NCBI RefSeq assembly: GCF_001194135.2
Contig: NC_068982.1
Location: 93,343,381-93,407,380, forward strand
DNA length: 64,000 bases
Reading direction: 5' to 3'
Source: Octopus bimaculoides
Taxonomy: Eukaryota
Both the position numbers and the translations under genes were made by a program. Every line of letters starts with the position of its first letter. The first letter of the stretch is position 1. Shown here one piece after another: positions 36,401 through 49,080 of this stretch. The notes under the pieces were generated by a model that was given only the letters and a program-made list of their open reading frames with translations, was not told the DNA's origin and made no database searches.

Positions 36401-37499
36401 CCTTAAATCTGACTACCAAACCTTGTTTTTCTCTTCAAGTGTACTTTCTTAATCTTAGTTTTCTTACTACAGAGCTGCTGGATGGTGCATACATGTTGCT
36501 CCCACCACCACTAGGGACCCCTCTTACCCCACTCTATCCCTTTTGAATCATGTTCTTAGAAGAACTAGGGGTCCATTACTCCCAAAGTGATTTTGCAGCG
36601 TACCCGTTCACCGTCTCGGGTATTTCTATGTACCCCATTGTTTTAGCAGTTCTTAGATTTGTCCTGCTGGGTTTCAAACCACCCTCCGCAGAAAGCTTGT
36701 GGAGATGCCGGTTTAGTCGCCGACGACCCGAAAATTAAACAGGTTTTATTGGATTACATGTTGCCAGTAGCACTCTGTGTGTGTGTGTGTATGTGTGTGT
36801 GTGTGTGTATATATATATTTATGTGTGCGCGCGTGCGTGCGTAGTCAATAAGTCAAAGAAAATCACACTCAATATTAATAATAGATCGATTATATATTTA
36901 TATTTCATCGAACAATGTATTACTAGATTTTGCATATAACTGAGCTGAATGTTATTGTCGGTTTCGCTCAGAATATTGCCACCAGACAATATTGACGGCT
37001 GATAAGAAAACCATAGCTTCTGGAATCAATGTACCTTGCCTCTAGCGAGGTACATAGATTCTAGATTGTTTTGTGGCCGCGCAAGGTTTAAACGAAATTT
37101 CGTGGAAGATATTCTGAGGAAGAAAATATTTATCAATAAATTTTCACTAAATTGCATTTTATCCTTTTGTCGCCACCAAACCAAATCTAATGTTTATGTA
37201 CCTCCAGCGCTTAAGAGGCTACACGCTTCCGGCCTGCTGTCTGAATAGTTCTGAATATTATCTAGTGACTCGAAACCGGAGGTAATATACTGGCCAGTTA
37301 TATGCCGTAACCAGTTTGTGGTGATAAAGAGAATGAATACAAAACTGATATCCTTTAGCGCACAAAATGAAAACATTGAAACAGAAGGAAGGGTCGTCAG
37401 GTCCTGCACCTTCAAAACACCACAAATTTGAGAAGAAAAAAAAGGAAATGAAGAAAGCTTGATTTAGATACAGACAAAATAATTATGGAAAAATACATC

Positions 37500-38761
37500 G
37501 ATGATGTAAGAAGCCCCAGCGCAAGGGCCAGAAGTAGGGTCCTAAAGGACTTCCCAAAGTAACCGCAAATTTTTTTTATGGAGACCTAGTAACCCAGACT
37601 CGAGGACCACCAAATAGGTGAGTTAAATGTTTTCTTTTCTCCTCCTTCTATTAACATGGCAACAATAGCGAAAGTAACGTGTATAAATGCACGTGGCCTG
37701 GTGTCACCCTGGAAGCAGAGTCGTCTCCTCATTGACCTCAGGTCGCTAGGTTTGGATATGATAGCCATCGACGACTCAAGGATTTCCAACATAAACACCT
37801 TAGTAACCATTTTTAGCGATTTTGAGATCGGCCTGAAATGAAGAACAGGGTAGGGTATGGTTCGAAAAAGCTGGGCCTTGGGATACAGTCGATGTTTCTG
37901 GGCCCGGACGGTAAATTAGTAGACCTAGTCATGAACATTAGCGAATGTGCTGCCTTTAGACTAATTATTTCAAAGCAGCCAAATCTTTTCAGACGTTTGG
38001 AGGTTTTCTTGAATACGTTCCGCTCTTTAATGCTAGCAGGCAATTAGAACACCATCTTGGATGCATGTCTGGATAGTGTTGGGCTAGTTGATTGTAGATG
38101 GGTGTATAAAAACCTCGCAGACCTGCTTAGTCGTTTTCAATTGACTCTCAAGTACCGACTGGATTTTCCGAATGCGCCAATAAGAAAATGGGTAAGCAGC
38201 ATCGCGGTATCCAGATCATATCTAGATGGACTATTTGGTTGACCAGCAGAGGAATAGCATAAATTGTTCACAATTGAAAGTGGTCGGCAAAATAGATCGC
38301 TACTTTGTGATCTTTACGGTTGACCTACATCGGATGCATAGACTGGGACCCGGTATGTCTTCGCCGGTGCGCCAATTTAAAGAGAACTGTGTAAGAGGGA
38401 ATTGACAGGGGCAATCGTCAACAGCCAATTAGTTTTAGTAAAGAAAATGTGATAGAGAATTCAAGAGTAGAAGGTGAGCTAGTTAGTGACTGAGAAGATG
38501 TGCTTAGGAAAGGCATTGTGACTGACGTAATGTCTGCTAGATTAAACATTTACTGATTCTTCAACGTTAAGTATGAAGGTCGCATTATCAGACCTAGGTC
38601 GTATGTCCTAAAGCACGAGAGAACGAAAACCGTTCAAAAAGCCCGAGTGGTGAGATACAGCTTGGCAAAAAACACAATTAAATCTTTGGCAGGTCGGCAG
38701 GGTTGCATGCTACTTGATTCCAATGTTTCAGTATCATGTGTTCAATCCGTCAGGGGTGCCC

Positions 38762-38837
<76 letters not shown>

Positions 38838-39180
38838 GGTGACCGACACCACTCTAAAGGAACACGAGGCGGTGATAGGTGCAAAATTAACCAGGAGAAA
38901 TTATTAGGCCTGCAGTTCGGCATCTGGAGAGGCAGATATATACTACCCTAAAGTGTCGTGGGACTCTGGACAAACGAACCAGTTAAATTGCCCGAGTTCT
39001 GTATTGTTTAGTTTGGTTTGGTCTATTCCAGACATCCAGCTGTTCAAAAACTGACAGGTGTGCCTTGCCCCACTTCATGGCTAAGCACAAGGTAGCGCTT
39101 GCTCTACTGTCCTCTGTCCTTGTATTATTCTAAATGATTTTCTTTTTTTGCGGTCCTTGTAACCAATAAAGAAAAGATTG
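37500..39180 (+). mobile_element. L1/Tx1-clade LINE, internally deleted (APE endonuclease, RT fragments, 3' UTR)
   Basis: ORF2 start MATIAKVTCINARGLVSPWKQSRLLIDLRSLGLDMIAIDDSR (37656); LMLAGN*NTILD (GDFN); SIRQGCP(H)S interrupted by (CT)n; AVIGAKINQEK…GLQFGIWRG; AATAAA near 39166. Confidence 0.8.
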
Positions 39181-39214
39181 TTATCGTCATCATTATCTAT
39201 TTATTTATTATTTA

Positions 39215-40455
39215 CTTATCTTATTTGCCGCAGGACAAGTTATAATTAAAGCGGAGGTTTACAGACAGACAGTAAGGAGTAAAAAGAGGGTGGAAGGAGA
39301 GAAATGAGATAAAAAGTATACATAGTGTACAAAATATATGAATACATGGACCATGCAGTCCTGTTACAGTAGAGTCTTCAACGAAGAAACTACAGAGATC
39401 CGGGATCATCCTGGCCAGCGAAGGCACGAAGCATCAATCAACTGTTGTTTCCAATATACAGACGTATGCATATAGTCCCTTTCACCTTACTCATTTTCGC
39501 CACATTTACCGATCTTTTAACAAATTTACTGGGAGAGAGCACTTCCCTTTCCATCCTTACTTTCCTTTCCAAATGGAACTTGAAAGGTTGATGAAGGTTT
39601 GGCCGATGAGGAAGATTTCCGCTGTCAATCCTTTCAGCCTTGTCCACTATGCAACCGCTTTCAACATAGTCAACAAACAAAAGGAAACTACTTGCCCGAC
39701 TTTTTTAAAGGAGGGTGGTGGGACGATATTTACGATGGACTCGACCAATAGCCGGATCTGTCGTTCGTGCAAACGTTTCAGTACTGCATGAGTATAGTGT
39801 AGTATAGCTGCATGGTTTCTTCACTCCGGGCATGTCTCAGACAGTCTCACCTATCCGAGGTACACTCCAGACACATCCGTGCCAGTAGAGTTTATATCGA
39901 ACTCGTAGTGCCTCTCTCAGTAGCACTGCTAGGCCAAGCGTTTCTGGTAGTTGTTCGTTCCGAAAGTTCTCGCTGACGCCTAGGATTTCCCTGAGAACAA
40001 CATCGCTCGCGCCTACCTATATTTCTCCTTGTGTATTACCAAAGAAGAATTTCCACTAATAGCATTGCCCGAAATACAGAGCGGTAGAACGGTAAGGACT
40101 TGATGCCGTTCCAGATGTCAAAGCACTCAATGACCCAATGGCTGCAGATTTGTCAAAGAGATGAGCTACGAAACAGCGCAAGAAACTCTGCAGGCGACAG
40201 CCTCAGCGCGTGTCTGCACACCAGTAATCACAGCATACCAAGCCCACTTCAGTCGCGCAACAGATAGGCAGTCTGACCAGTAGAACGTATCCCTTTCACT
40301 GGTCAGAAAGTGGAAAAGTTAATGCTCCAGTCTAGTCAACCAAGAGTTATAGCAAGGCACGACACACAGGCGGTAAATTATGACGGAAATGGTATAGGTA
40401 TTCATCACCTTTGCTCAATCTTTCAGGGATAGCTTCATCTCAACCCATTTTTGGG
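39215..40455 (-). mobile_element. L1/Tx1-clade LINE 3' portion
   Basis: C-terminus …PFKFHLERKVRMEREVLSPSKFVKRSVNVAKM…, upstream zf-RVT-like and RT-tail segments, and a pyrimidine-rich 3' UTR on the minus strand. Confidence 0.8.
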
Positions 40456-41209
40456 TAAGGCTGGCCACCCTACGCGTAACCTCATCCTACTTTCTGTCTA
40501 CCTAGATGACCGAACCAACTTACAAGGGAGATGTGTGCAGACGACACATCAACCTCAAAGAATGGCCGATGTTAATTTCATCGACCTTGAAAGGAAAAAG
40601 GCAAAGTCTACCTTTGTGGAATTTGAACTAGGAACATAAAGAGATGTAACTAAACATTGCAAAACATCTTTTCCACCGCTCTGCTTTTCTACATTTGTGT
40701 CCCACAGGCAGTAGGCTGGTGAGGGTAGAACCAATAGCCGGATCTGTTTTTCACGCAAACGTTTTAGTACTGCATCAGTATACATAGTATAGATGTATGA
40801 CTTTGACTTATTTCATTAAACTTTTGTTTATCATTTTTTTAAATACCCCTTTACATTCTTCTGTAACATCTTTAATTTTCTCACATGCATTAGTGACAGT
40901 AGGCTCACTGGATCTTTGAACACGCTGAGTATGATGGGCCAATCAATAGCTCACTGGATTTTAAGTAGCGGAGCGTGGAAATGGGAGAAATGATAGGCGG
41001 TAGTTATTCACACGATCTTTGATAGCAGCTTCCTAAAATTTATTCCATCGGCTGATAGCTCCAGTCCAATGTGAGATCTAGTATCAGACGTTCAGAGAAT
41101 ATCAGCTAGTGTAAACGTTCAAGTCTTTGGACAAGGGTGTCTCACTGTGACAAATTAATGTGTGTGTGTGTGTGTTTAAAATGACGTTGTAGCAGCTCCC
41201 TGTATGATA

Positions 41210-41703
41210 TTAGCTGTTGGCAAGTTTTGGGGCCAGTTTCAGCATTATTAACAGCAATGATTTTAACGCAGTATTCATCCAGTTTAAGCAATTGTCTAAA
41301 CGATTACTCTGCTTTCTGAATCCGGCATGTTTGCGATTTTGTGAAGTGTTTCAGACGCCTGGGATGTGTTCTACCCACACCATCTTACTGCCTCTGGAAC
41401 ACCGTATAATAATAACTTTCTATAAGTAATTTAGCAATTTCCAAAGTATATTTCCGGATTCGATGAACTGCTTTTCTTTGATAAACTAACTGCCATGCAC
41501 TTTTGGTTCAAATATTATCTTCCAGTTAATCACTCGGTTTTCATCCCGTGATTGTCTTTATTTAAGTTGGTTATTGTAAAGGTCACATTCAGCTGCTGAT
41601 CTCTAACTCGTTTAAACAACATGGAATAAATCAGTGTAATTAAAGATTGTTTGAACAGGCGTTGACAAGATCATCCACGTAAACAGAGAGCAGAAGCAGG
41701 CCA
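41210..41703 (-). mobile_element. Decayed CR1/L2-type RT fragment
   Basis: LGLLLLSVYVDDLVNACSN (LGPLLF..YVNDL), LNQKCMAVSLSKK…PEIYF, …LDEYCVK. Confidence 0.55.
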
Positions 41704-42676
41704 AGTGTGTGTGTGTGTGTGTGTATTATATATANNNNNNNNNNNNNNNNNNNNNNNNNNNNNNNNNNNNNNNNNNNNNNNNNNNNNNNNNNNNNNNNNN
41801 NNNNNNNNNNNNNNNNNNNNNNNNNNNNNNNNNNNNNNNNNNNNNNNNNNNNNNNNNNNNNNNNNNNNNNNNNNATGTTTGTTTTGTGTGTATTACATTA
41901 GTTATACATAAATAAGGATCAGTTATTACGTTCCCCACAAAATATGAATTCGTTGAGTCAGTTGACACAATTTGTATAGAAGTGTTTGTAGCTCTTTCTA
42001 TTATTTTTCTCTTTATTTCGTTTACATTTTCCTCCTATTAGTTTTCACTTTATACACAGCTTAATACTGTTCTGTTTATTGTTTTATTATCATTACCTTT
42101 ATTTTATTTATTCATTTTAGTCGTAGTTACTAATGTAGGGTTTTTGATTTTGCTGTTTTTTTTTTCTTTTTCGGGTACCGTTTAGTCAGAGAGGGCGTGC
42201 TCATGACTTTTCCGGAACCTCCTAGACTGGTGGAAGGGAGGAGGAAGTTAGCCTCGAACCCGAGGCCTGACCGAAAAGATTGCAACAAAGTAAAATCTGC
42301 TAAATGGCCCCAAGGACCAAGTGATAGTGGTAAACTGGTCGATGTATTAAGTCTACTATCCAAGGGGTCATAAAGCAAAACGTTGAAACAAAATCACTAA
42401 AGGATCCCATTCACAGCTCTCGCAGTTCTGCTAGTCCAGTGCCCTGGAATAGATTTTTATGGATCCCAAGTGGATGATAAACAAGGATGACTTCAGAGGG
42501 ATTTGAACTCTGAGCGCAGAAAGTTGAGACGAATGCGGCACGGCATTTTGCCTTACATTCTAACGAGTCAACTAATTCACCGTTTCAGTTTAGTAATCGT
42601 TCATACAAACAAGAAAATTTCGTCTCGAACCCCCTTTATGTATGTATGTATGTATGTATGTATGTATGTATGTATG

Positions 42677-42711
<35 letters not shown>

Positions 42712-42902
42712 GTAAAGAATATGAGGGGTTTAGTTCACTGATGATCTAAACCAATAGATACGTTGCGTAAGTGCTATAATTGGATATACGTTAGGTTCCA
42801 AGCTCACAGCTGAGGTTGGAGCTAGTGATCCGTACTAGGATTCCGAGTTAGGAGGTATATATTAAAGGAAAATGAAAACAAACCGGAAAACAAAAAAGAA
42901 AG

Positions 42903-42995
42903 CAAAGTGGCTAGAATGTTAAGCACACAATTATAAGTCGTGGGTTATATTCCTATGCTGAATGACGCATTATTCTAAATGACTTGAGATACTCG
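42903..42995 (+). mobile_element. tRNA-derived SINE head, family D; an inverted sister copy lies at 45545-45752 (-)
   Basis: aagtggctagaatgttaagcacacaattataagtcgtgggttatattcctatgctgaatgacgcatt closely matches the reverse complement of 45680-45750. Confidence 0.65.
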
Positions 42996-43548
42996 TCCTG
43001 CCTTGGTTTTGTTTTTCTTTTCCTTTAATACACACACACACACACACATACACACACACACGCACAAACGCACACACATATACATATGACACGTGATCCG
43101 TGGTCAGCTCTTCTTTTTCTTCCTTTTTCACACCGGTTGGGTAGTTGACTGGTCCTGAATTCTCTGTCTCATTGTCTTGCTACTTGTTTTCTAATCCTTT
43201 ATGATGCCTTCTAAGCGTTACCCACCATTCTTGTCTTTTTGGCCCTAAGGCTATATTTTGATTCTTTCTTGTTTGTTTCGTCCTTGTCCATCGTCTTAAA
43301 TTACATTTATTCACTTTCGTGTGTCCACTCTGTATTGTTTTGTTTGCTCTCCGCCCTATATTCTCCGCAACTTTCGCGCTCATCGCCATCATGGGTAGTT
43401 CTGTCTTATCATTGAAGGTGCGAAACTGAGTAATATCACCTGGTTGATAACTGATGAAGAATTAGATACCTTCTGTGCCTGTCTCTCGTCCGGTTGTACA
43501 CTCAGTATATGTTGTACGTTTTTTACCCTGTGGTTGTTTATTTGGGTC

Positions 43549-43730
43549 TAGGACATTTACCCCACCCCCATGGACAATTACCCCTGAGGACAACAGATGA
43601 TTTAAAACTTCTTAATATCTTGGAGAGGGGATAATTAACCAAGGGGGTAGTTGTCGTCGGGGGGAATTGTCCTATGGAGGGTGTAATTGTCCTATGGGGG
43701 GTGTAATTGTCCTAGGCGAGTAATTGTCCT
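43549..43730. mobile_element. MITE-like element built from inverted arrays of GGACAATTAC(C) motifs
   Basis: Left: taGGACATTTACcc…GGACAATTACccc. Right: four (GT)AATTGTCC units, partly in 20-bp tandem repeats (aattgtcctatgg.gggtgt). Confidence 0.65.
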
Positions 43731-44049
43731 GATGCAGTTTATTTACAATACATCTTTTCATTTATTAAGTAATAGAACGCAACGCACCGCGGCTTTTATT
43801 AAAAGTAAGTTTTATATGTCTATATGTATATGTTAAGTTCCTAGATGGGGTGGAGGCTATACATATACACATATACGTGTGTATTTATAGACACCATACA
43901 CCCAATCTGCATTCATTCTATCATCGGAGACAAGAAAGCAACCATCGATTGAGCCCTTTCAACAGAAAAAGTAAAAAAAAAAAAAGAAAAGAAAAAAAAG
44001 CATCGTTCATACCAAGAAAACATCATCGCACAACGCCCTGTTAAATATG

Positions 44050-44620
44050 AACAGCACTGAAGGAGGGGACCCCACACTTGATTCAAATGTTAGACTCACT
44101 GTCACTGAGAATCTGCCCTGACAAAAGCACATTGTACTTCATCCAAACGACTGGCCTTTCTTTTCAGGGCCAGAAAATTACTACAATCCCTTCCACACAG
44201 CAATTACTGACACCTTGACAAGTTCATGTGTGGCCCATAATTGAAGTATTACTTCGACATCTGAAACTGTACTCCTGCTACTGCGCACATAGACATTCCA
44301 GACAGCATCCAGAGAGGGACCACTTGCTATCACTTGCTCAAGTTACAGGGCCACTTTTTTTTCTGTTCCTTGAAGCTGGCTGGGCTCACACCAGTCACGT
44401 TATGCTGTCTCACTTGTCTTTCTGCCTCCCAACAATCATGTTCTGTCCAAATCCACTCTTCAAGTCCCGCTCTAATCACTGCACACAATCTTCTCACACC
44501 CCAACTCCCAGAACATTGCCCTCTAATATCTCCTCCCTGCTCAAATCTTTTCTGCAGGTGTCAACTAGCAATAGCTTTAGCGGAACATTAACGGCATCAA
44601 TCTCATTAGACTCCGAGGGT
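44050..44620 (-). mobile_element. Highly decayed LINE (probably RTE) RT fragment
   Basis: VVPLWMLSGMSMCAVAGVQFQMSK*Y resembles IVP.YK..G…C..YRGI.LL..GK.Y; …SVGSPPSVLFIF resembles the QG..LSP.LF region. Weak. Confidence 0.35.
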
Positions 44621-47498
44621 TGCGCTTCCTCTTCATATATATATATATATANNNNNNNNNNNNNNNNNNNNNNNNNNNNNNNNNNNNNNNNNNNNNNNNN
44701 NNNNNNNNNNNNNNNNNNNNNNNNNNNNNNNNNNNNNNNNNNNNNNNNNNNNNNNNNNNNNNNNNNNNNNNNNNNNNNNNNNNNNNNNNNNNNNNNNNNN
44801 NNNNNNNNNNNNNNNNNNNNNNNNNNNNNNNNNNNNNNNNNNNNNNNNNNNNNNNNNNNNNNNNNNNNNNNNNNNNNNNNNNNNNNNNNNNNNNNNNNNN
44901 NNNNNNNNNNNNNNNNNNNNNNNNNNNNNNNNNNNNNNNNNNNNNNNNNNNNNNNNNNNNNNNNNNNNNNNNNNNNNNNNNNNNNNNNNNNNNNNNNNNN
45001 NNNNNNNNNNNNNNNNNNNNNNNNNNNNNNNNNNNNNNNNNNNNNNNNNNNNNNNNNNNNNNNNNNNNNNNNNNNNNNNNNNNNNNNNNNNNNNNNNNNN
45101 NNNNNNNNNNNNNNNNNNNNNNNNNNNNNNNNNNNNNNNNNNNNNNNNNNNNNNNNNNNNNNNNNNNNNNNNNNNNNNNNNNNNNNNNNNNNNNNNNNNN
45201 NNNNNNNNNNNNNNNNNNNNNNNNNNNNNNNNNNNNNNNNNNNNNNNNNNNNNNNNNNNNNNNNNNNNNNNNNNNNNNNNNNNNNNNNNNNNNNNNNNNN
45301 NNNNNNNNNNNNNNNNNNNNNNNNNNNNNNNNNNNNNNNNNNNNNNNNNNNNNNNNNNNNNNNNNNNNNNNNNNNNNNNNNNNNNNNNNNNNNNNNNNNN
45401 NNNNNNNNNNNNNNNNNNNNNNNNNNNNNNNNNNNNNNNNNNNNNNNNNNNNNNNNNNNNNNNNNNNNNNNNNNNNNNNNNNNNNNNNNNNNNNNNNNNN
45501 NNNNNNNNNNNNNNNNNNNNNNNNNNNNNNGCAGATACAGACATAATTTTGGCCCTCCCAATCAGTGAAGCATCCAGTATGGGACCCGCTGGAGAGACCT
45601 TCATTGACAATGCCGGTATTCATTTTCAGCTGATTGGACTGGAGCAGCGTAAAGTGAAATACCTCGCTCAATTAAGCAATGCGTCATTCAATCTAGGAAT
45701 ATAACCCACGACTTATGATCGTGAGCTTAACATTTTAACCACTTGGTCAAGTAGCAAATGTGTGTGTGTGTGTGTGTGTGTGTGCGGGGGGTGGGTGTTG
45801 TGGAAACGTGTATATCGATAAGAATGTAATGTTTGTAAGCTTATATGTACGATCCTACGTGTGTCCCATATTCAGTTCACTTAAGATATTTTACTGCTTG
45901 GTTTGGTCGGTCAGTCCGTCTGCTTCCTACTACACGCCCACCCTGTCCCGTACTACCGTTTTGTCACTCATTTCTTTCATTGCTTTTTCTGCATTTTTAT
46001 TTACTCGTTTATTTTCTTTTCTTTACACATTTCGTGTCCCATTTCATATTTTTGTTGCTTTTACACTTCTTTTCACTCAGTAGTTCATGGCAAAAAATTT
46101 CAGAATTTCAGAATTGTTCACCTACAATTATGCCTTCTGAGGGGGGAAATGTCTCTATTCTTTAGCTCCTTGTTTTGTTTCAGCCATGCTGGAGTACCGC
46201 CTGGACTATTTTATTTATTTGCATTGTCACCATGTACGCCTAGGTTTCTAATTATTTTCACTATCCGTGGCATCTCTTGTTGAAAGACCAGCGAATTGGT
46301 GGAATCTGTTCTGCTTTGGTTCAGTGGTATTTTAAAGCATGAGCTCACTAGTCGAGGTCTCGATTCTCCTGGCCCATTGCTAATAAATGTATGTTCTGGC
46401 TTGCTGTAGATAAACAGATAGTGTAGATAAACCTAGTGCATTGCTTTGCCCAGGAAGCTGCAAAGACGGTTCTACCTTGGTTCTAGTATTCTGCAGCCAA
46501 CATATGTACAATACTAGAGAGAAATATATCAAGATAACTGTTCAAAGTACAAGGAAAACTTTGGCGGTCTCTTGAATCTTTTGGGAAGTATTTCTATAAT
46601 GGTAGAACTGTGTTTCCAGTTTCAGTAAGCAGACATTGCTGCTTAAAAATATCACCTGTATTTAAAAGCCTGACAAAGCCATGCTGGGAGAAAATAAATT
46701 ATATTTCAAATGCATGAACATGGTACTTGAAATATTTATGCCAAAAGGATGAGGTCACATTTATGCGTTTCCTGAGAGAAGTAGTGATATAAGTGGGATG
46801 AAATAGATACTATCAGGGATTAGAAACCACCTCACTGATTAAACTGTATTCTACGAATACGCGATCGCTCGACTTGCTAGAAGCAGGAACCACTTGTCAC
46901 ACACGTTACACATTCGCCACTAAAAAATAAAGGACGTTGAATAATGTAGTCCTTGATGCATTGTATTTGAATGAAGTGGGGAGTGGTTACGGATGGCATT
47001 TCTTCGATCATAACTTACTTGATCAGGCCTGACCTGGAGGTGGAGAGCTGAACAACAATAACAACAGCAACAATAATCGTGCTGCATTCTAACAAACATA
47101 ATTACTCACTGGCTATTCCTTGATCTGACACCAGACAACTTCTGACTTTCAAGGAAAATGTTTTGGCCTTGTCTACGAAAATTCGGTCACTTTCAATTTC
47201 TTAGATTTCATTTTCTTGGATTTGATATTTAGAACTGCCTGGTATGTTATGGCAAGCAGTTGCAAGTCAATGTTAACTATTGTTAGAAAAGAGAAAAATA
47301 AAAATTAAAAACCAAAAAAAAAAAAAAGTACAGTATTAAAAGTGGCATTACATGTAATGTGATTATAGTAAATCTGAAAACAGTTATATTATGATGTTAG
47401 CATATTTTATTTCATTACAACATATGAGCGTATCACAATAGAGTGGCTGATTCTCACATATCTGTAGATCTATCTGTGCGCCACTCTATTTATCTCTT

Positions 47499-47538
<40 letters not shown>

Positions 47539-48839
47539 GCCTTCTCTTTAAATATATATGTATGTATAAGCATGTATGTACATACTTTATACATATCTGT
47601 GTATTTAATACATAGCATTCATAAATATATATAATGCACACAAATATACATAATATAAATATTTAATAATATATAAATATATTCATACGCACCCCCATAC
47701 GTATATCTAAATAAATATTTATGTCTGTGCAAGCATGTATGTATGTATACGTCAGAATGCGTGTGAAAATGCGTATGATTCTTACTCAATTCACTTAACA
47801 TTACAAAATTCCATTCCAAACATCGTATTTTTCATTTCTTCCGTTTTTCTTGAATCTACCGCCAGTTGCATTCTCTTTCTTTTTTCTTTTTCTCTTTCTC
47901 TTTCATTTTTTTTTTCAACTCGTTATCACTTTTTGCACCCATTCCTTTACTTCTAATTTAGCACTCTTCTTCTTTTTCACACGCACACACATACACGTAC
48001 GCAAACACAGACTACGCGGAGAACCGCCTCTTCAAATCCTCAACACGACCCTTTTACTAATCCTGTACAAATCTACTTACAATATATTGTGCTGATTTGT
48101 TGTAGTTATTTTTTTCCCGCCATTTCTCTTATGCCTTTAGTTTCACTTCTCTCTTTACATCGTCCTTTTCCTCTTTCGGTTCACATTCAACCAATTGCTT
48201 TCTGCAACACCACTTAATACTACTCACTGAGCATTTTGCTTCCTTTCTTGAAATTTGTCAGAGCATTATTTATTTTTGTTTCAGTCTTTTTTATTTTATT
48301 TTGTTTTCCCCCCACATTGCTGGTGTGTATATATATATATCAGCAACGTGGTATATATATATATTGTGTCGAGTCCGTCTCTTTCTCTTTCAGTCTATTT
48401 ATACATATATATATGTACAGATATACGTGTGTNNNNNNNNNNNNNNNNNNNNNNNNNNNNNNNNNNNNNNNNNNNNNNNNNNNNNNNNNNNNNNNNNNNN
48501 NNNNNNNNNNNNNNNNNNNNNNNNNNNNNNNNNNNNNNNNNNNNNNNNNNNNNNNNNNNNNNNNNNNNNNNNNNNNNNNNNNNNNNNNNNNNNNNNNNNN
48601 NNNNNNNNNNNNNNNNNNNNNNNNNNNNNNNNNNNNNNNNNNNNNNNNNNNNNNNNNNNNNNNNNNNNNNNNNNNNNNNNNNNNNNNNNNNNNNNNNNNN
48701 NNNNNNNNNNNNNNNNNNNNNNNNNNNNNNNNNNNNNNNNNNNNNNNNNNNNNNNNNNNNNNNNNNNNNNNNNNNNNNNNNATATATATACACACACACA
48801 CACATTCTTTTAGTCTTTTGTGTGTTTGTATGTGTGTGT

Positions 48840-49080
48840 GTGGACTCGACAGAATGGGTAAGGTGTTGGGAAAATGCTTTGTAATTTTTCTGTTTTTGAG
48901 TGTATTTTGTTACGTTACATTCCGAGTTCAAATCCGGCGGAAGTCAACAATGCTTTTCACTCCTGCGAGGCCGATAAAATGAAGTACCAGTTACATAATG
49001 GCGTCGATAGTATTGAATAACACGCTTCCTCTGAAATTTGTTAGCCTTCTGCCTCAATCAGAAGCAATTATTGTTATTTT
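48840..49080 (+). mobile_element. SINE family A
   Basis: gacagaatgggtaagg…gagttcaaatccggcggaagtcaacaatgcttttcactcctgcgaggccgataaaatgaagtaccag. Confidence 0.75.

Noticed and set aside
42735-42775. CTGATGA-TCTA(aaccaa)TA-GATAC-GTT hammerhead-like string
   Set aside because: GAAA is broken, and stem I and stem II cannot both be formed.
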